The notes beneath the pieces were generated by a model. It was not told where the DNA came from, ran no database searches, and saw nothing but the letters and a program-made list of their open reading frames with translations. The translations under genes were made by a program, and so were the position numbers. Below are positions 28,327-37,533 of a DNA stretch of 64,000 nucleotides, in pieces (position 1 is the stretch's first letter; the number at the start of each line of letters is the position of its first letter). Source of the DNA: an archaeon (GTDB taxonomy: Bacteria > Gemmatimonadota > Glassbacteria > GWA2-58-10); NCBI GenBank assembly GCA_035528795.1, contig DATKXY010000098.1, forward strand, positions 4,215 through 68,214, written 5' to 3'.

Positions 28327-29035
28327 ACTCGGCGTGAACATTGATCATGTAGCCACTATCCGTCAGGCCCGCCGCACCGTGGAACCGGACCCGGTGGCGG
28401 CGGCAGTGTTAGCTGAGCTTGGCGGAGCGGATGGCATTACAATCCACCTGCGCGAAGACCGGAGACATATTCAGGACCGGGACCTGGAAATCCTGAGACA
28501 GACAGTGCAGACCCGTCTGAACCTCGAGATGGCCGCCAGCGGGGAAATAGTGGAGATCGCCCTGCGAGTGCTTCCCGACCAGGCTACCCTTGTGCCTGAA
28601 AAGCGCCTGGAGGTAACCACAGAGGGAGGACTCGATGTGTTCTCGAACAGGAAAAACCTGGCTGTCGCAGCAGAAAGATTAAAGGCTGCAGGGATCAAAG
28701 TGAGTTTTTTTGTCGATCCTGTGGCTGAGATAATCAAATTGTCCAAAAAAATCGGCGCCGATGCAGTCGAGCTGCATACAGGCTCTTATGCCAACGCCCG
28801 CTCCGGGGGATCGCGGGCCTGCGAGCTTAAAAAACTTCAGGAAGCCGCCAGACTGGCCGCAGAGGAAGGCCTCGAGGTCATTGCCGGACACGGACTTACT
28901 TATACAAATATCCTGCCGCTGAAAACCATCCAGCAGCTCGAGGAGGTCAATATCGGCCATTCGATAGTGAGCCGCGCGGTGCTGGTTGGCATGGAGCGGG
29001 CGGTTCGCGAGATGAAAGAGCTCCTGGCGCCTTAG
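28319..29035 (+). CDS. pdxJ: Pyridoxine 5'-phosphate synthase
   Basis: [16 protein letters not shown] and HLREDRRHI motifs. I prefer the TTG at 28319 (GGAGGT 5 nt upstream), which overlaps the hflX stop, over the ORF-track start at 28262. Confidence 0.9.
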   Translation: MIKLGVNIDHVATIRQARRTVEPDPVAAAVLAELGGADGITIHLREDRRHIQDRDLEILRQTVQTRLNLEMAASGEIVEIALRVLPDQATLVPEKRLEVTTEGGLDVFSNRKNLAVAAERLKAAGIKVSFFVDPVAEIIKLSKKIGADAVELHTGSYANARSGGSRACELKKLQEAARLAAEEGLEVIAGHGLTYTNILPLKTIQQLEEVNIGHSIVSRAVLVGMERAVREMKELLAP

Positions 29036-29076
29036 TCTGCCGGGAATCCTCTGTTGACATTGAATAAAAACACTGA

Positions 29077-29694
29077 ATGAAAAAAATGGTTGATTTCGGA
29101 CAGGCAGTGAAGTATTTAAAAGCCGAGATAGAAAGCAGGTTCGGCGATAAAGGGCTGGCCAGGCACTCCCTTTCAGTAGCTGAGTTTTCCCGCCGGCTCG
29201 CCGAATCCCAAGGCCGCCCGGACACGGAGCTTGAAAAAATCTACTTGGCCGGCCTGGCCCACGATCTGTTCAAGGGCTACGGTGCGGAAAGTTTGGAATT
29301 GCATGTTCAGGCTGAATCGGTTCCCGCTGATATTGAAACTTTGAGAATCGGGGGCGGGCTCCTGCATGGCCCTGCTGCTGCACACTATCTGCGCTCCAGG
29401 CTCGGGATAAGCGACACCGAACTACTGGCGCTGGTCTATTATCACACTACAAGCAGAGCCGACGCAAACAGGCTCGAAAAGATATTTTTCTGCGTGGATT
29501 ACCTCGATCCCGCCCGCGAGATGCGAAAAAGCGAGATGGATGCGGTTTTTTTACGCGAAAAAATAATCGAATCTCTCGATAAAGTTTACCGCGAGGTTCT
29601 CTACCGCAAGATTGTCCATACGCTGGCCAAGGGCAAAGCCTTGCACCCGAACGCAGTGGCAGCCTGGAACGAGAGCTGTTGCCAGCGGGTCTGA
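29077..29694 (+). CDS. yqeK: HD-domain bis(5'-nucleosyl)-tetraphosphatase, YqeK-like
   Basis: The series HSLSVAEF, LAGLAHDLFK, LLHGPAAAHYL and YYHTT is characteristic of YqeK-type HD hydrolases. Confidence 0.75.
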   Translation: MKKMVDFGQAVKYLKAEIESRFGDKGLARHSLSVAEFSRRLAESQGRPDTELEKIYLAGLAHDLFKGYGAESLELHVQAESVPADIETLRIGGGLLHGPAAAHYLRSRLGISDTELLALVYYHTTSRADANRLEKIFFCVDYLDPAREMRKSEMDAVFLREKIIESLDKVYREVLYRKIVHTLAKGKALHPNAVAAWNESCCQRV

Positions 29695-29718
29695 AATGTA
29701 GCCAGATGTGGAAGGACA

Positions 29719-29836
29719 ACTACTGCGGAGAGTATTAAATAGTTTCCATCGAAAAGAGGTTTCAGAGCAGCTACCTGGGGAAGAAAAAAAATTTCCTTTA
29801 TGGATAGATGCAAACAATTTTATGACCCGAGTAGTA
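29719..29836 (-). repeat. Copy D: internally deleted 118-bp derivative of the 525-bp repeat family
   Basis: Joins three blocks of the full element: one terminus (ACTACTGCGGAGAGTATTAAATAGTTTCC), a central block (GAAAAGAGGTTTCAGAGCAGCTACCTGGGG), and the other terminus (AATTTCCTTTATGGATAGATGCAAACAATTTTATGACCCGAGTAGTA). Confidence 0.8.
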
Positions 29837-29957
29837 AGTAAAAAAGAATATTGTTTTGATTTTTAACCGGACAAAAATCTTTTTCAGGGCTTGAGAATGC
29901 CCTGTGAGCCAAAAATAGAGGTTTGAAACCAACCATTAAACTTGAGATTCCGGCCTT

Positions 29958-30587
29958 ATGTCCGACAGCTCATTGAAAAAAAACCGTCAGAAGCACTTGA
30001 AAAATTTGCGCAAAGCGCAAAAAACCAGACAGCAGACCCAAAAAACCTCCTCCAGGAAACAGGCAGTCTCCACACACTCCAATCCCCTTGTCACTCTGGG
30101 TCTGGTGCTTAGCTCCGTTATTTTCGTCATTCTGTTAAGCTCAATGTTTTTTCAGTACAAAGGGAGCATTTGGACCCCTTCACAAAAAGCAGCCGGCCAG
30201 GAGGCGGTTCCGGTCTTTGTAGATCCCAGCACGGTCGAGGTGCGAATCTTGAACGGCTGCGGTGTCCCGGGAGCCGGCCGCACAATGTCCAGCCATTTGC
30301 GGGACCTGCATTTCGATGTGGTGAGCGCAGAGAACGCAGAAAACTTTTCCTATGAACAGACCCTGGTAATCGACCACTCTGGCCGCCCGGAAGTGGGCCA
30401 GGCCGTGGCGGAAGCCTTAGGCTGCAGCCGCCTGAGCGCAAACGTGGATGACATGGCCCTGGTAGATGTCACAGTGATCCTCGGCCAGGACTGGGAAACA
30501 TTTATAAAAGAGCCCAGGAAAGCCGGGAAATCGAACCGGATTCAGAAAGTACTCTCAAAAGCCAAATCGTTGTTGGGGATAGAGTAA
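29958..30587 (+). CDS. LytR_C (LytR/CpsA/Psr C-terminal) domain membrane-anchored protein
   Basis: Basic N-terminus and a single TM segment. VEVRILNGCGVPGAGRTMSSHLRDLHFDVVSAENAENFSYEQTLVI is typical of the LytR_C domain. Confidence 0.65.
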   Translation: MSDSSLKKNRQKHLKNLRKAQKTRQQTQKTSSRKQAVSTHSNPLVTLGLVLSSVIFVILLSSMFFQYKGSIWTPSQKAAGQEAVPVFVDPSTVEVRILNGCGVPGAGRTMSSHLRDLHFDVVSAENAENFSYEQTLVIDHSGRPEVGQAVAEALGCSRLSANVDDMALVDVTVILGQDWETFIKEPRKAGKSNRIQKVLSKAKSLLGIE

Positions 30588-30641
30588 GGATTTTAATCAA
30601 TTGACAATCAAAAAAGGAATTTTTGCTTAAACAGGGTGGCA

Positions 30642-30925
30642 ATGAAGAAAAGACAATTCAATAGACCTTCAGCTTGTTTGTCGGATTATGATTATACCGC
30701 GCCAGGCGCATAATTTGTAAAACTATCTGCACGTATAACCAGGAATGTTTGTTCGGTGAAATTGAGGATGAATTGATGTATTTGAATGATGCCGATCAAA
30801 TGACCCAATAGTGGTAGAAAGAACTATCCCGTAAATTTCCCTCAATATAAACAGACACACATATTATAATGCCTAATCATTTTCATGGGATTATTATCAT
30901 TGCGGGGCGGACCTTGATGGCCGCC
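30642..30925 (+). pseudogene. Decayed N-terminal half of a RayT-type Y1 transposase
   Basis: Reads MKKRQFNRPSACLSDYDYTAPGA*, then after a frame change IICKTICTYNQECLFGEIEDELMYLNDADQMTQ*W*KELSRKFPSI*TDTHIIMPNHFHGIIIIAG. It has the RayT pattern (DYDY..PGAYF.T.CT..R..LFG ... MPNH.H.II) with an HUH-like HFH. It also has at least one frameshift, three in-frame stops and no C-terminal half. Confidence 0.65.
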
Positions 30926-31030
30926 TTGATGGTTATAAGAATCAATATTGTTGGCTTAATATTGAATTTAGCGCACACGCAGATGAGCTATTAATATAGA
31001 ATTTAGGATTATTATAATTTTATAAAAAGA

Positions 31031-32122
31031 TCAAACTTTATTGCTAATTTCATAAAATGAAATAGTCTTTTTTAATTGATCTGCATATTTATATATGTCA
31101 TTTAGGTCATCAATCTTATATTTAATTTCTTTTTTGTTTTCTACAATAATTCCAATATATTTTTGGGGAGTGCTAAAATACAATCTGCAAATAGGCTTTC
31201 TGTTATTGTCATCAAGTAGTATTCCGAAATAACTTAATGTATCGCGCTGAAATACCCTATTAGGTTTGACAACTTCTCGCAAAATTGATTTAACAATAAA
31301 AAATCCTTCTGTTTCTTCTAACGTTGTTTCAATTTTACCTTTACGATAAAGTTCATCTTTTAATTCTTCATCTTTTTGTTCAGGTTTCTTTTCTTTATCA
31401 GAAATATCTTCGGCTGTCATTGCAGATTTTAATCTTTCATTTATTGTCTCACTAATAAATTGATTCAAAGCTTTTATAGTAATGTCGTAAAATTGCGCTT
31501 TTACCTTCTGTGTTAACCTTCCCGTATATACTTGTGAGGCAAAAAATTCAACGAAATCATCAGAAGGAGTTTTTAATTGATTTGCCAAAATATTTTTTAT
31601 ATGGCTTGTATATTTTAGTTCGCTTGCTGAACTCATTAATTCATCAATATCAAAAGAATTCTTGGTAAGTTTTTTTAGTTCTATTATGAATTGTTGTTGT
31701 ATGTCAAATATGTTAAATTCTAAAAATGGCTTTTCATCCATTTTATTTTTTTCTTCCAAATCAGTGTAAAATCTGTAAATCATTCCATTCGTAAGAACAC
31801 CTATTCTTGCTGATGAAGAAGTGAAATAACGAAATAATTGAGAAATTTTTTCTAAATCAAGATCAGTTCCAATTTTTTTGCATTCAAAAAGTATAATTGG
31901 TTTTCCATCTTTAATTATAGCATAATCTACTTTTTCTCCTTTTTTTATACCTACATCAGAAGTAAACTCTGGAACTACTTCTGTTGGGTCAAAAATATCA
32001 TATCCTAAAGCACTTATGAAAGGCAAAACAAAAGCATTTTTTGTGGCTTCTTCGGTTTTAATAAAGTCTTGTTGTTTTTCTATTTTTCTGGCTATTTCTT
32101 GGATTTTTTCGATGAAATCCAT
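31031..32122 (-). CDS. Stand-alone PD-(D/E)XK nuclease-fold protein, type I restriction enzyme HsdR N-terminal-domain-like
   Basis: EEATKNAFVLPFISALGYD...VDYAIIKDGKPIILFECKK gives a D...E-C-K catalytic pattern in the HsdR_N-type context. The gene is strongly AT-rich compared with both flanks. Confidence 0.55.
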   Translation of the reverse strand: MDFIEKIQEIARKIEKQQDFIKTEEATKNAFVLPFISALGYDIFDPTEVVPEFTSDVGIKKGEKVDYAIIKDGKPIILFECKKIGTDLDLEKISQLFRYFTSSSARIGVLTNGMIYRFYTDLEEKNKMDEKPFLEFNIFDIQQQFIIELKKLTKNSFDIDELMSSASELKYTSHIKNILANQLKTPSDDFVEFFASQVYTGRLTQKVKAQFYDITIKALNQFISETINERLKSAMTAEDISDKEKKPEQKDEELKDELYRKGKIETTLEETEGFFIVKSILREVVKPNRVFQRDTLSYFGILLDDNNRKPICRLYFSTPQKYIGIIVENKKEIKYKIDDLNDIYKYADQLKKTISFYEISNKV

Positions 32123-32227
32123 GATGCACCTCTTTTTTAGGTTTAGTATTTAAAACCTTTATAAGAATTATACATATCTTTAATTTTTAATGTCAAGAAA
32201 ATTATATCATTCCTTAATCAATCAAAT

Positions 32228-33142
32228 ATGGAGAATACCATGCCTCAAAAACCGATTGTGGTGATCGGAAGCTCGAACATGGACCTGGTGATAAAAACGA
32301 GCCGTATTCCCAGACCCGGGGAAACCATCCTCGGAGGGGAGTTCGCCATGGTGGCAGGCGGCAAAGGCGCGAACCAGGCAGTGGCTGCCGCGCGGTTGGG
32401 AGGGAATGTGTATTTCGTGGCCCGGGTGGGGCGCGACCCGTTCGGGGACAAGATGCTCCAGAACTTCCAGGCCGAGGGTATCACCACGGACTTTGTGATC
32501 CGGGATGAGGAACAATCCTCCGGGGTGGCGATAATCGTGGTCGATAAAGCCGGGGAGAACAGCATTGTTGTGGCTCCCGGGGCAAACGGGGTGCTGAGCC
32601 CTGAAGATGTCGAGGCTGCCGAACAGATAATAAAAACAGCCGATTCGGTGCTGCTGCAGCTTGAAATTCCCCTGGAAACCGTAGTGCGCGCGGTCGAGCT
32701 CTCTGCCAGGCATGGCACGCGGGTGATCCTGGATCCCGCTCCGGCCCGGGCCCTCGAAAAGGCGCTGCTCTCGAATGTCGATCTTATCACCCCGAACGAA
32801 ACCGAGGCCGAGATTCTGACCGGTATAGTCGGCACTGATGAAAGCTCAGCACGCCTTCAGGCTCGAGCTCTCAGGGAAAAAGGGGTCAAAGCAGTGCTCG
32901 TGACCAGGGGTAAGCAGGGATCTTTTCTGGATGATGGAGTCGAGGAGAGCGTATTCAGGACAGTCGAGGCAGACTCGATAGACAGCACCGCTGCCGGAGA
33001 CTGTTTTAACGGGGCGCTGGCAGCTAGACTGGCCACAGGGGCGAGCCTGCCCGAGGCAATCGAGTTCGCCTCCAGGGCAGCGGCTATCTCCACTACAAAG
33101 CTCGGGGCCCAGGACAGCCTGCCCAGCCTTGATGAGCTCTGA
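32228..33142 (+). CDS. rbsK: Ribokinase
   Basis: VIGSSNMDLV, GGKGANQAVAAARLG, and the anion-hole/ATP motif DSTAAGDCFNGALA. Confidence 0.88.
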   Translation: MENTMPQKPIVVIGSSNMDLVIKTSRIPRPGETILGGEFAMVAGGKGANQAVAAARLGGNVYFVARVGRDPFGDKMLQNFQAEGITTDFVIRDEEQSSGVAIIVVDKAGENSIVVAPGANGVLSPEDVEAAEQIIKTADSVLLQLEIPLETVVRAVELSARHGTRVILDPAPARALEKALLSNVDLITPNETEAEILTGIVGTDESSARLQARALREKGVKAVLVTRGKQGSFLDDGVEESVFRTVEADSIDSTAAGDCFNGALAARLATGASLPEAIEFASRAAAISTTKLGAQDSLPSLDEL

Positions 33143-33265
33143 AGGGGGCTTAAAGTAAAATATGAGATTCAACGCTTAAGATATTTTAATAAAACATTTT
33201 ATATTATTAATTTGAAACTTTCCTTGAAGCTCCCAACTTTATGCGCTGAGCCGCCATAGAACTTT

Positions 33266-33427
33266 TTAATAGTGAAAGAAAATATGATACAAAACATAAA
33301 ACCAGGATAAAAATCCATGGATGATGGCCCAAAGCACAGAGTGGTTGTAGCTGTATGAAATTACCATGGCCAGCACTGATCCGAATGTGACACCGGTTCG
33401 AACAATTTCCCTTCTGGTTGTGGACAT
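33266..33427 (-). CDS. Small two-TM membrane protein (hypothetical)
   Basis: MSTTRREIVRTGVTFGSVLAMVISYSYNHSVLWAIIHGFLSWFYVLYHIFFHY. The internal ATG at 33427 avoids overlap with the upstream gene. Confidence 0.4.
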   Translation of the reverse strand: MSTTRREIVRTGVTFGSVLAMVISYSYNHSVLWAIIHGFLSWFYVLYHIFFHY

Positions 33428-33476
33428 TTTCAACTCTTTTCTCTTATGTTGATAAAAACATTGTCCTGATAAAAAC

Positions 33477-34166
33477 TTATTTTCCGCGCTCAAGCCTCCT
33501 GAGATAACGCTTTTTTCTTCTGTCTTTCATTCTTTGAGCCGTCCCCTGCTCTGACTCACCCTGACTGATGGCTGAAGCGCTCTTTCTATCCAGCCCTCGA
33601 GGTTTCTCAGGGCTTTCGCTCTTCTCCTCCCGGTCCTTTACTCCGAAAGCCTCGAGCCAGTAAGCCTTTTCCTCCGGGCTCTGGCGGGGTGGTTTCTCAT
33701 TATTCGCACTCTCCCTTTCAACTCCCAGCCTCTTAGAATCTCCCTTTGCCGACTTTCCTCCAATTCTGCCAGCTAAAAAATTCCGCCAGAAATCCTCTGC
33801 GGAGATGACCTCTGTTCTTCGCACCCCGCTCAAGGGGCCCCCTACCCCGGCCCTGTCCGAGCTCACCACCCGGACATGGTCTCCCTGGCCTGCAAAACGC
33901 CTGCTCAGCTCGACCACGAGGCGATCCGCATCCTCTACGAAACGGACTGTCAGACCCGGATAAGAGCTGCCTTCAGGTGAAATGTTGACCGGGCTTGCGC
34001 TGTCATAAACCACCACAGCCCGCAGCCCTTTCCGGCCGGCAATATAAGCAGCCAGGACCCTTTCCAGCTCCCGGCGGCAGCTCTCCAGTCCCTGAGCCGT
34101 TTCAATTTCATAAAGCTCGGGAACCCTGCGGATCAGATTATAACCGTCGATCACAACAGTATTCAT
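33477..34166 (-). CDS. NYN-domain protein, YacP/Rae1-like
   Basis: VIDGYNLIRRVPEL opening and a VVYDS acidic strand. The C-terminal region is basic and low-complexity. Confidence 0.6.
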   Translation of the reverse strand: MNTVVIDGYNLIRRVPELYEIETAQGLESCRRELERVLAAYIAGRKGLRAVVVYDSASPVNISPEGSSYPGLTVRFVEDADRLVVELSRRFAGQGDHVRVVSSDRAGVGGPLSGVRRTEVISAEDFWRNFLAGRIGGKSAKGDSKRLGVERESANNEKPPRQSPEEKAYWLEAFGVKDREEKSESPEKPRGLDRKSASAISQGESEQGTAQRMKDRRKKRYLRRLERGK

Positions 34167-34253
34167 ATTCAGGTTTTCGACAATAAAGGGAATCAGGGCG
34201 AGTCAGGCCATGCCCTGATCAGAATAAAATCCGTAATCTAACAGCCATTGCTA

Positions 34254-35375
34254 TTATTCCCTGGTCTGCGCATAAACAGCATGACCGAGGCGCGCCAGGT
34301 TCAGCTTTTCAGCCTCGAAATCCCAGCCGCGGTGTCCCCCTCGCTGGTTGAGCCCCATTACTAGCACCATCTTTTTCTCAGGCAGAATAGCACAAATAGT
34401 GTGCGCTGCGCCTGAGAAAACAATTGCCTCCTCTTGCGGGAAAAGCCAGAACAGAAGGCCGTAATCGGGATCCGGCTCCCTGCCTGGAGGCTGGGTCCGC
34501 CAAGCTTCTGCTCTGAGTTCTGCCTTGAAAATCACCCTGTCCCCTGCTCTGCCCTGGTCAAGCCAGAGCTGGGCATAGCGCGCGATGTCCCGGATCGATC
34601 CATAAAGCCCGGAACCCGGGTAAGGCTTGGGCGCAAATTCGTCAGAGTAAGCGACATACGAGGAATCAAGACCATCACAGGTGTGCACGATATGCTCAGT
34701 GCTTTGTCCCTTGTTCAGATAGCCCACAGTTTCCAGGCCCAGGGGGTCCAGCACGCGCTCCTTGATCAGCACTTCGTAACGTTTCCCTGTGGCCGCCTCC
34801 ATCACCTGGCCCAGCACCCGCATCCCCAGCTCGGTATACAGAAAACTTTTCCCTGGCTCGTAATCCAGTGTGAGATCAAAAAAAGGAGGCTGGTCCAGGT
34901 ACTTTCTGGGCGGAGTGCTGTCCTGCGGCAAACCAGAGGTGTGGCTTGCCAGGTGGCGCACCAGGACCCTGCCGCGGTCGAATTTCCCTCCCGGACCCGG
35001 ACCGGTGAAATAATCCAGGTACCTGGACACCGGGTCATCCAGGCTGATAATGCTGTCTGTGACCAGGGAAAGAAGGACCGCTGAGCCGAAACCCTTGGAA
35101 ATAGAATAAAATGGGAAGCGCGAGAGGGCTGTGACCGGCTCTGCATCAGGTCCCCGGTGCGTTTTGCCGAAATATTCCTCGTAAACGGTTCTGCCGTCCA
35201 GCATGACCAGAGCGGCTCCGGCGCTGCAATCTGCGGAGAGTTTCATCCGGCTCTGCACGTGATGAGCGAGCATCCCGAACGCACCCCGGTCCGGTCTTTC
35301 TGCTTTCGGGGGCTCAGGTGCGGCACAGGAGAGGACAATCAAGAATCCGGCAATGGCAATCCCGGGCAGTTTCAT
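34254..35375 (-). CDS. Serine hydrolase of the beta-lactamase / PBP4* family, probable lipoprotein
   Basis: Lipobox-like signal GFLIVLSC. SxxK motif in FYSISKGF. 373 aa. Confidence 0.7.
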   Translation of the reverse strand: MKLPGIAIAGFLIVLSCAAPEPPKAERPDRGAFGMLAHHVQSRMKLSADCSAGAALVMLDGRTVYEEYFGKTHRGPDAEPVTALSRFPFYSISKGFGSAVLLSLVTDSIISLDDPVSRYLDYFTGPGPGGKFDRGRVLVRHLASHTSGLPQDSTPPRKYLDQPPFFDLTLDYEPGKSFLYTELGMRVLGQVMEAATGKRYEVLIKERVLDPLGLETVGYLNKGQSTEHIVHTCDGLDSSYVAYSDEFAPKPYPGSGLYGSIRDIARYAQLWLDQGRAGDRVIFKAELRAEAWRTQPPGREPDPDYGLLFWLFPQEEAIVFSGAAHTICAILPEKKMVLVMGLNQRGGHRGWDFEAEKLNLARLGHAVYAQTRE

Positions 35376-35524
35376 TTTGGCTCCGGCTGTAAAAGTATGA
35401 TTTTATAGACTCACATAAAGGAAAACAGGCATTAAAAAACTTAACTTTGTTTGGGAGATTAAGCAAAAAAATCATGCGTCAGGGAATGGGAGATACGGAA
35501 AAAGTGGTCCCTCAGGGCCGGCTA

Positions 35525-36298
35525 TCAATGGTTTCCCTGCACAACCAGCAGGGCTTCCTCGGCGAAAAGGTTGTCGCCCTCCTCAAGGGCCCGCACCTTG
35601 CCCTCAGCGAGCACGTGACCCTCGATAATGCTCACCTGCGACTCACCGGCCCAGGCCATAAAATCATCCACACTGCACAGGTGAATGTTGGGCGTATCGT
35701 ACCACGGATAAGGGAGTGATTCGAGAACCGGCATCCTGCCGCCCAGACCCAGCTCGAGGCGGACCCGCCAGTAGGCGAAATTAGGGAAGCTCACTATTCC
35801 CCGCTTGCCGACACGGAGCATCTCGGAGAGTACTTTCACAGGCTGGTGCACTGTCTGGAGGGTTTCCTCCAGAATAACGAAGTCGAAAAAGTTGTCCGGA
35901 AACCCGTTCAAGCCTTCATCCAGGTCCAGTTGTAGCACGGACACGCCCCGTGCCACGCAGTCGTAAACCTTTTCCGGGTCGATTTCAACCCCCTGGCCCT
36001 TCACACCACGCACCTTGACCAGTCTCTCAAGCAGCTCTCCATTGCCGCAGCCCAGATCGAGCACAGTGCTGCCCGGAGTGATAATCCGCTCGATAACCTC
36101 GTGGTCCCACCGCCTCCCGGGCTGCCTTTTAGCTCCCTTTGCGCCGGATTTCTCGGAGAGAAAATCTTCGATCAGACTGACCAGGCGGTCAGCAGAGAGA
36201 TTTTCAATGGGCTGCGAGTAGCGGCTGGCCCAGAGGCGCAAAAGCTCTGTCAGCCGGTCCGGGTGATTATTTCCGCTCAGGGATTTCTCCTCGCTCAT
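35525..36298 (-). CDS. metW: Methionine biosynthesis protein MetW, with an N-terminal extension of about 55 aa
   Basis: VLDLGCGNGELL SAM-binding motif and the diagnostic tail IVSFPNFAYWRVRLELGLGGRMPVLESLPYPWYDTPNIHLCSVDDF. The ATGA overlaps the metX stop. Confidence 0.85.
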   Translation of the reverse strand: MSEEKSLSGNNHPDRLTELLRLWASRYSQPIENLSADRLVSLIEDFLSEKSGAKGAKRQPGRRWDHEVIERIITPGSTVLDLGCGNGELLERLVKVRGVKGQGVEIDPEKVYDCVARGVSVLQLDLDEGLNGFPDNFFDFVILEETLQTVHQPVKVLSEMLRVGKRGIVSFPNFAYWRVRLELGLGGRMPVLESLPYPWYDTPNIHLCSVDDFMAWAGESQVSIIEGHVLAEGKVRALEEGDNLFAEEALLVVQGNH

Positions 36299-37530
36299 AA
36301 ATCACTCCGTCTGGAGAGGAAGTTGTGAATCAGACGGCCGAGAGCCTCGGTCTCCACCAGGAAGGAATCGTGCCCGTAGGCGCTGGGAACCATCACATAG
36401 GTCACCGGCTTGCCGTTCCGGCAGACCGCCATGGCCAGCTCCTTGCATTCTCTCGGCGGATAGAGCCAGTCAGAGGAAAAGGAGACAATCATGATCCGGG
36501 AATCGATCCTGCTCGCTGCCGCGGTAAGATCGCCGCCGCCCCACCTCTGGGCGGCATCATAATAATCCATGGCCCGGGTGATATAAAGATAGGAGTTGGC
36601 ATCGAAGCGCTCCACAAAAGAGCGTCCCTGATAGGCCAGGTAGCTCTCCACCTCGAACTCGATACTGAAACTGAATTCCGGAGCGCTTTTACCCTGCAGG
36701 CGGCGCCCGAATTTCTGGTACATCGCCTGGTCACTCAGGTAGGTGATATGGCCCAGCATACGGGCTGCGGCAAGGCCCTCGGCAGGCGGCGGCCCGTTAT
36801 AGAAATCACCGCCTCTGAAATTGGGGTCGTGCAGTATCGCATGCCGCGCCACAGCATTGAAAGCGAGTCCCTGGGGACTCAAACGGGCGCTGGCGGCAAG
36901 CACCAGCACATTTTCCACCCGACCGGGAAAAGCCAGGGCCCACTCGAGTGCTTGCTGGCCCCCGAGCGAGCCGCCGATAACAGCATAAACACGCTCGATT
37001 CCGAGATAATCCAGCAGCAGAGCCTGGAGTCTCACCCAGTCGCCGACAGTCACCAGAGGAAATCGCAGGCCGTATCTCCTGCCTGTTTCAGGGTTGATAT
37101 CCGCCGGGCCTGTGGTGCCGTAGCAGCTTCCCAGCACATTGGAACAGATAATATAGTAGCGGTTGGTATCCAGGGGCTCCCCAGGCCCGATCATCTCATC
37201 CCACCAGCCGGGTTTTCTGGTGCGCCACCTGCGCCCGGTCCTTTCGGCTTCGAGATCCCAGCCTGCAGCGTGAGCATCTCCAGAGAGGGCATGAACAATC
37301 AGAATCACATTGTCCTTTCCCGGACTCAGCCTGCCGTAGGTCTCATACTCCATGTCTATCTGGTCAACGTTCCCTCCGGCCTCGAGCTTGAAAGGCTTTC
37401 CCTGGTCGAGCAGACGGATCCGCTGGGCCCGGGTCCAGCCCACTGAGCCCGGGTGATCCGGACCCTTGACAGCTCTCCTTCTAGATTCCTGCCCGGGCTT
37501 GTCAAAAGCGCTTTTCAGTGAACGATCCAT
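36295..37530 (-). CDS. metX: Homoserine O-acetyltransferase
   Basis: Alpha/beta hydrolase with NVILIVHALSGDAHAAG and the nucleophile elbow GGSLGG. 411 aa. Sits between metY and metW. Confidence 0.9.
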   Translation of the reverse strand: MDRSLKSAFDKPGQESRRRAVKGPDHPGSVGWTRAQRIRLLDQGKPFKLEAGGNVDQIDMEYETYGRLSPGKDNVILIVHALSGDAHAAGWDLEAERTGRRWRTRKPGWWDEMIGPGEPLDTNRYYIICSNVLGSCYGTTGPADINPETGRRYGLRFPLVTVGDWVRLQALLLDYLGIERVYAVIGGSLGGQQALEWALAFPGRVENVLVLAASARLSPQGLAFNAVARHAILHDPNFRGGDFYNGPPPAEGLAAARMLGHITYLSDQAMYQKFGRRLQGKSAPEFSFSIEFEVESYLAYQGRSFVERFDANSYLYITRAMDYYDAAQRWGGGDLTAAASRIDSRIMIVSFSSDWLYPPRECKELAMAVCRNGKPVTYVMVPSAYGHDSFLVETEALGRLIHNFLSRRSDL

Positions 37531-37533
37531 GGA

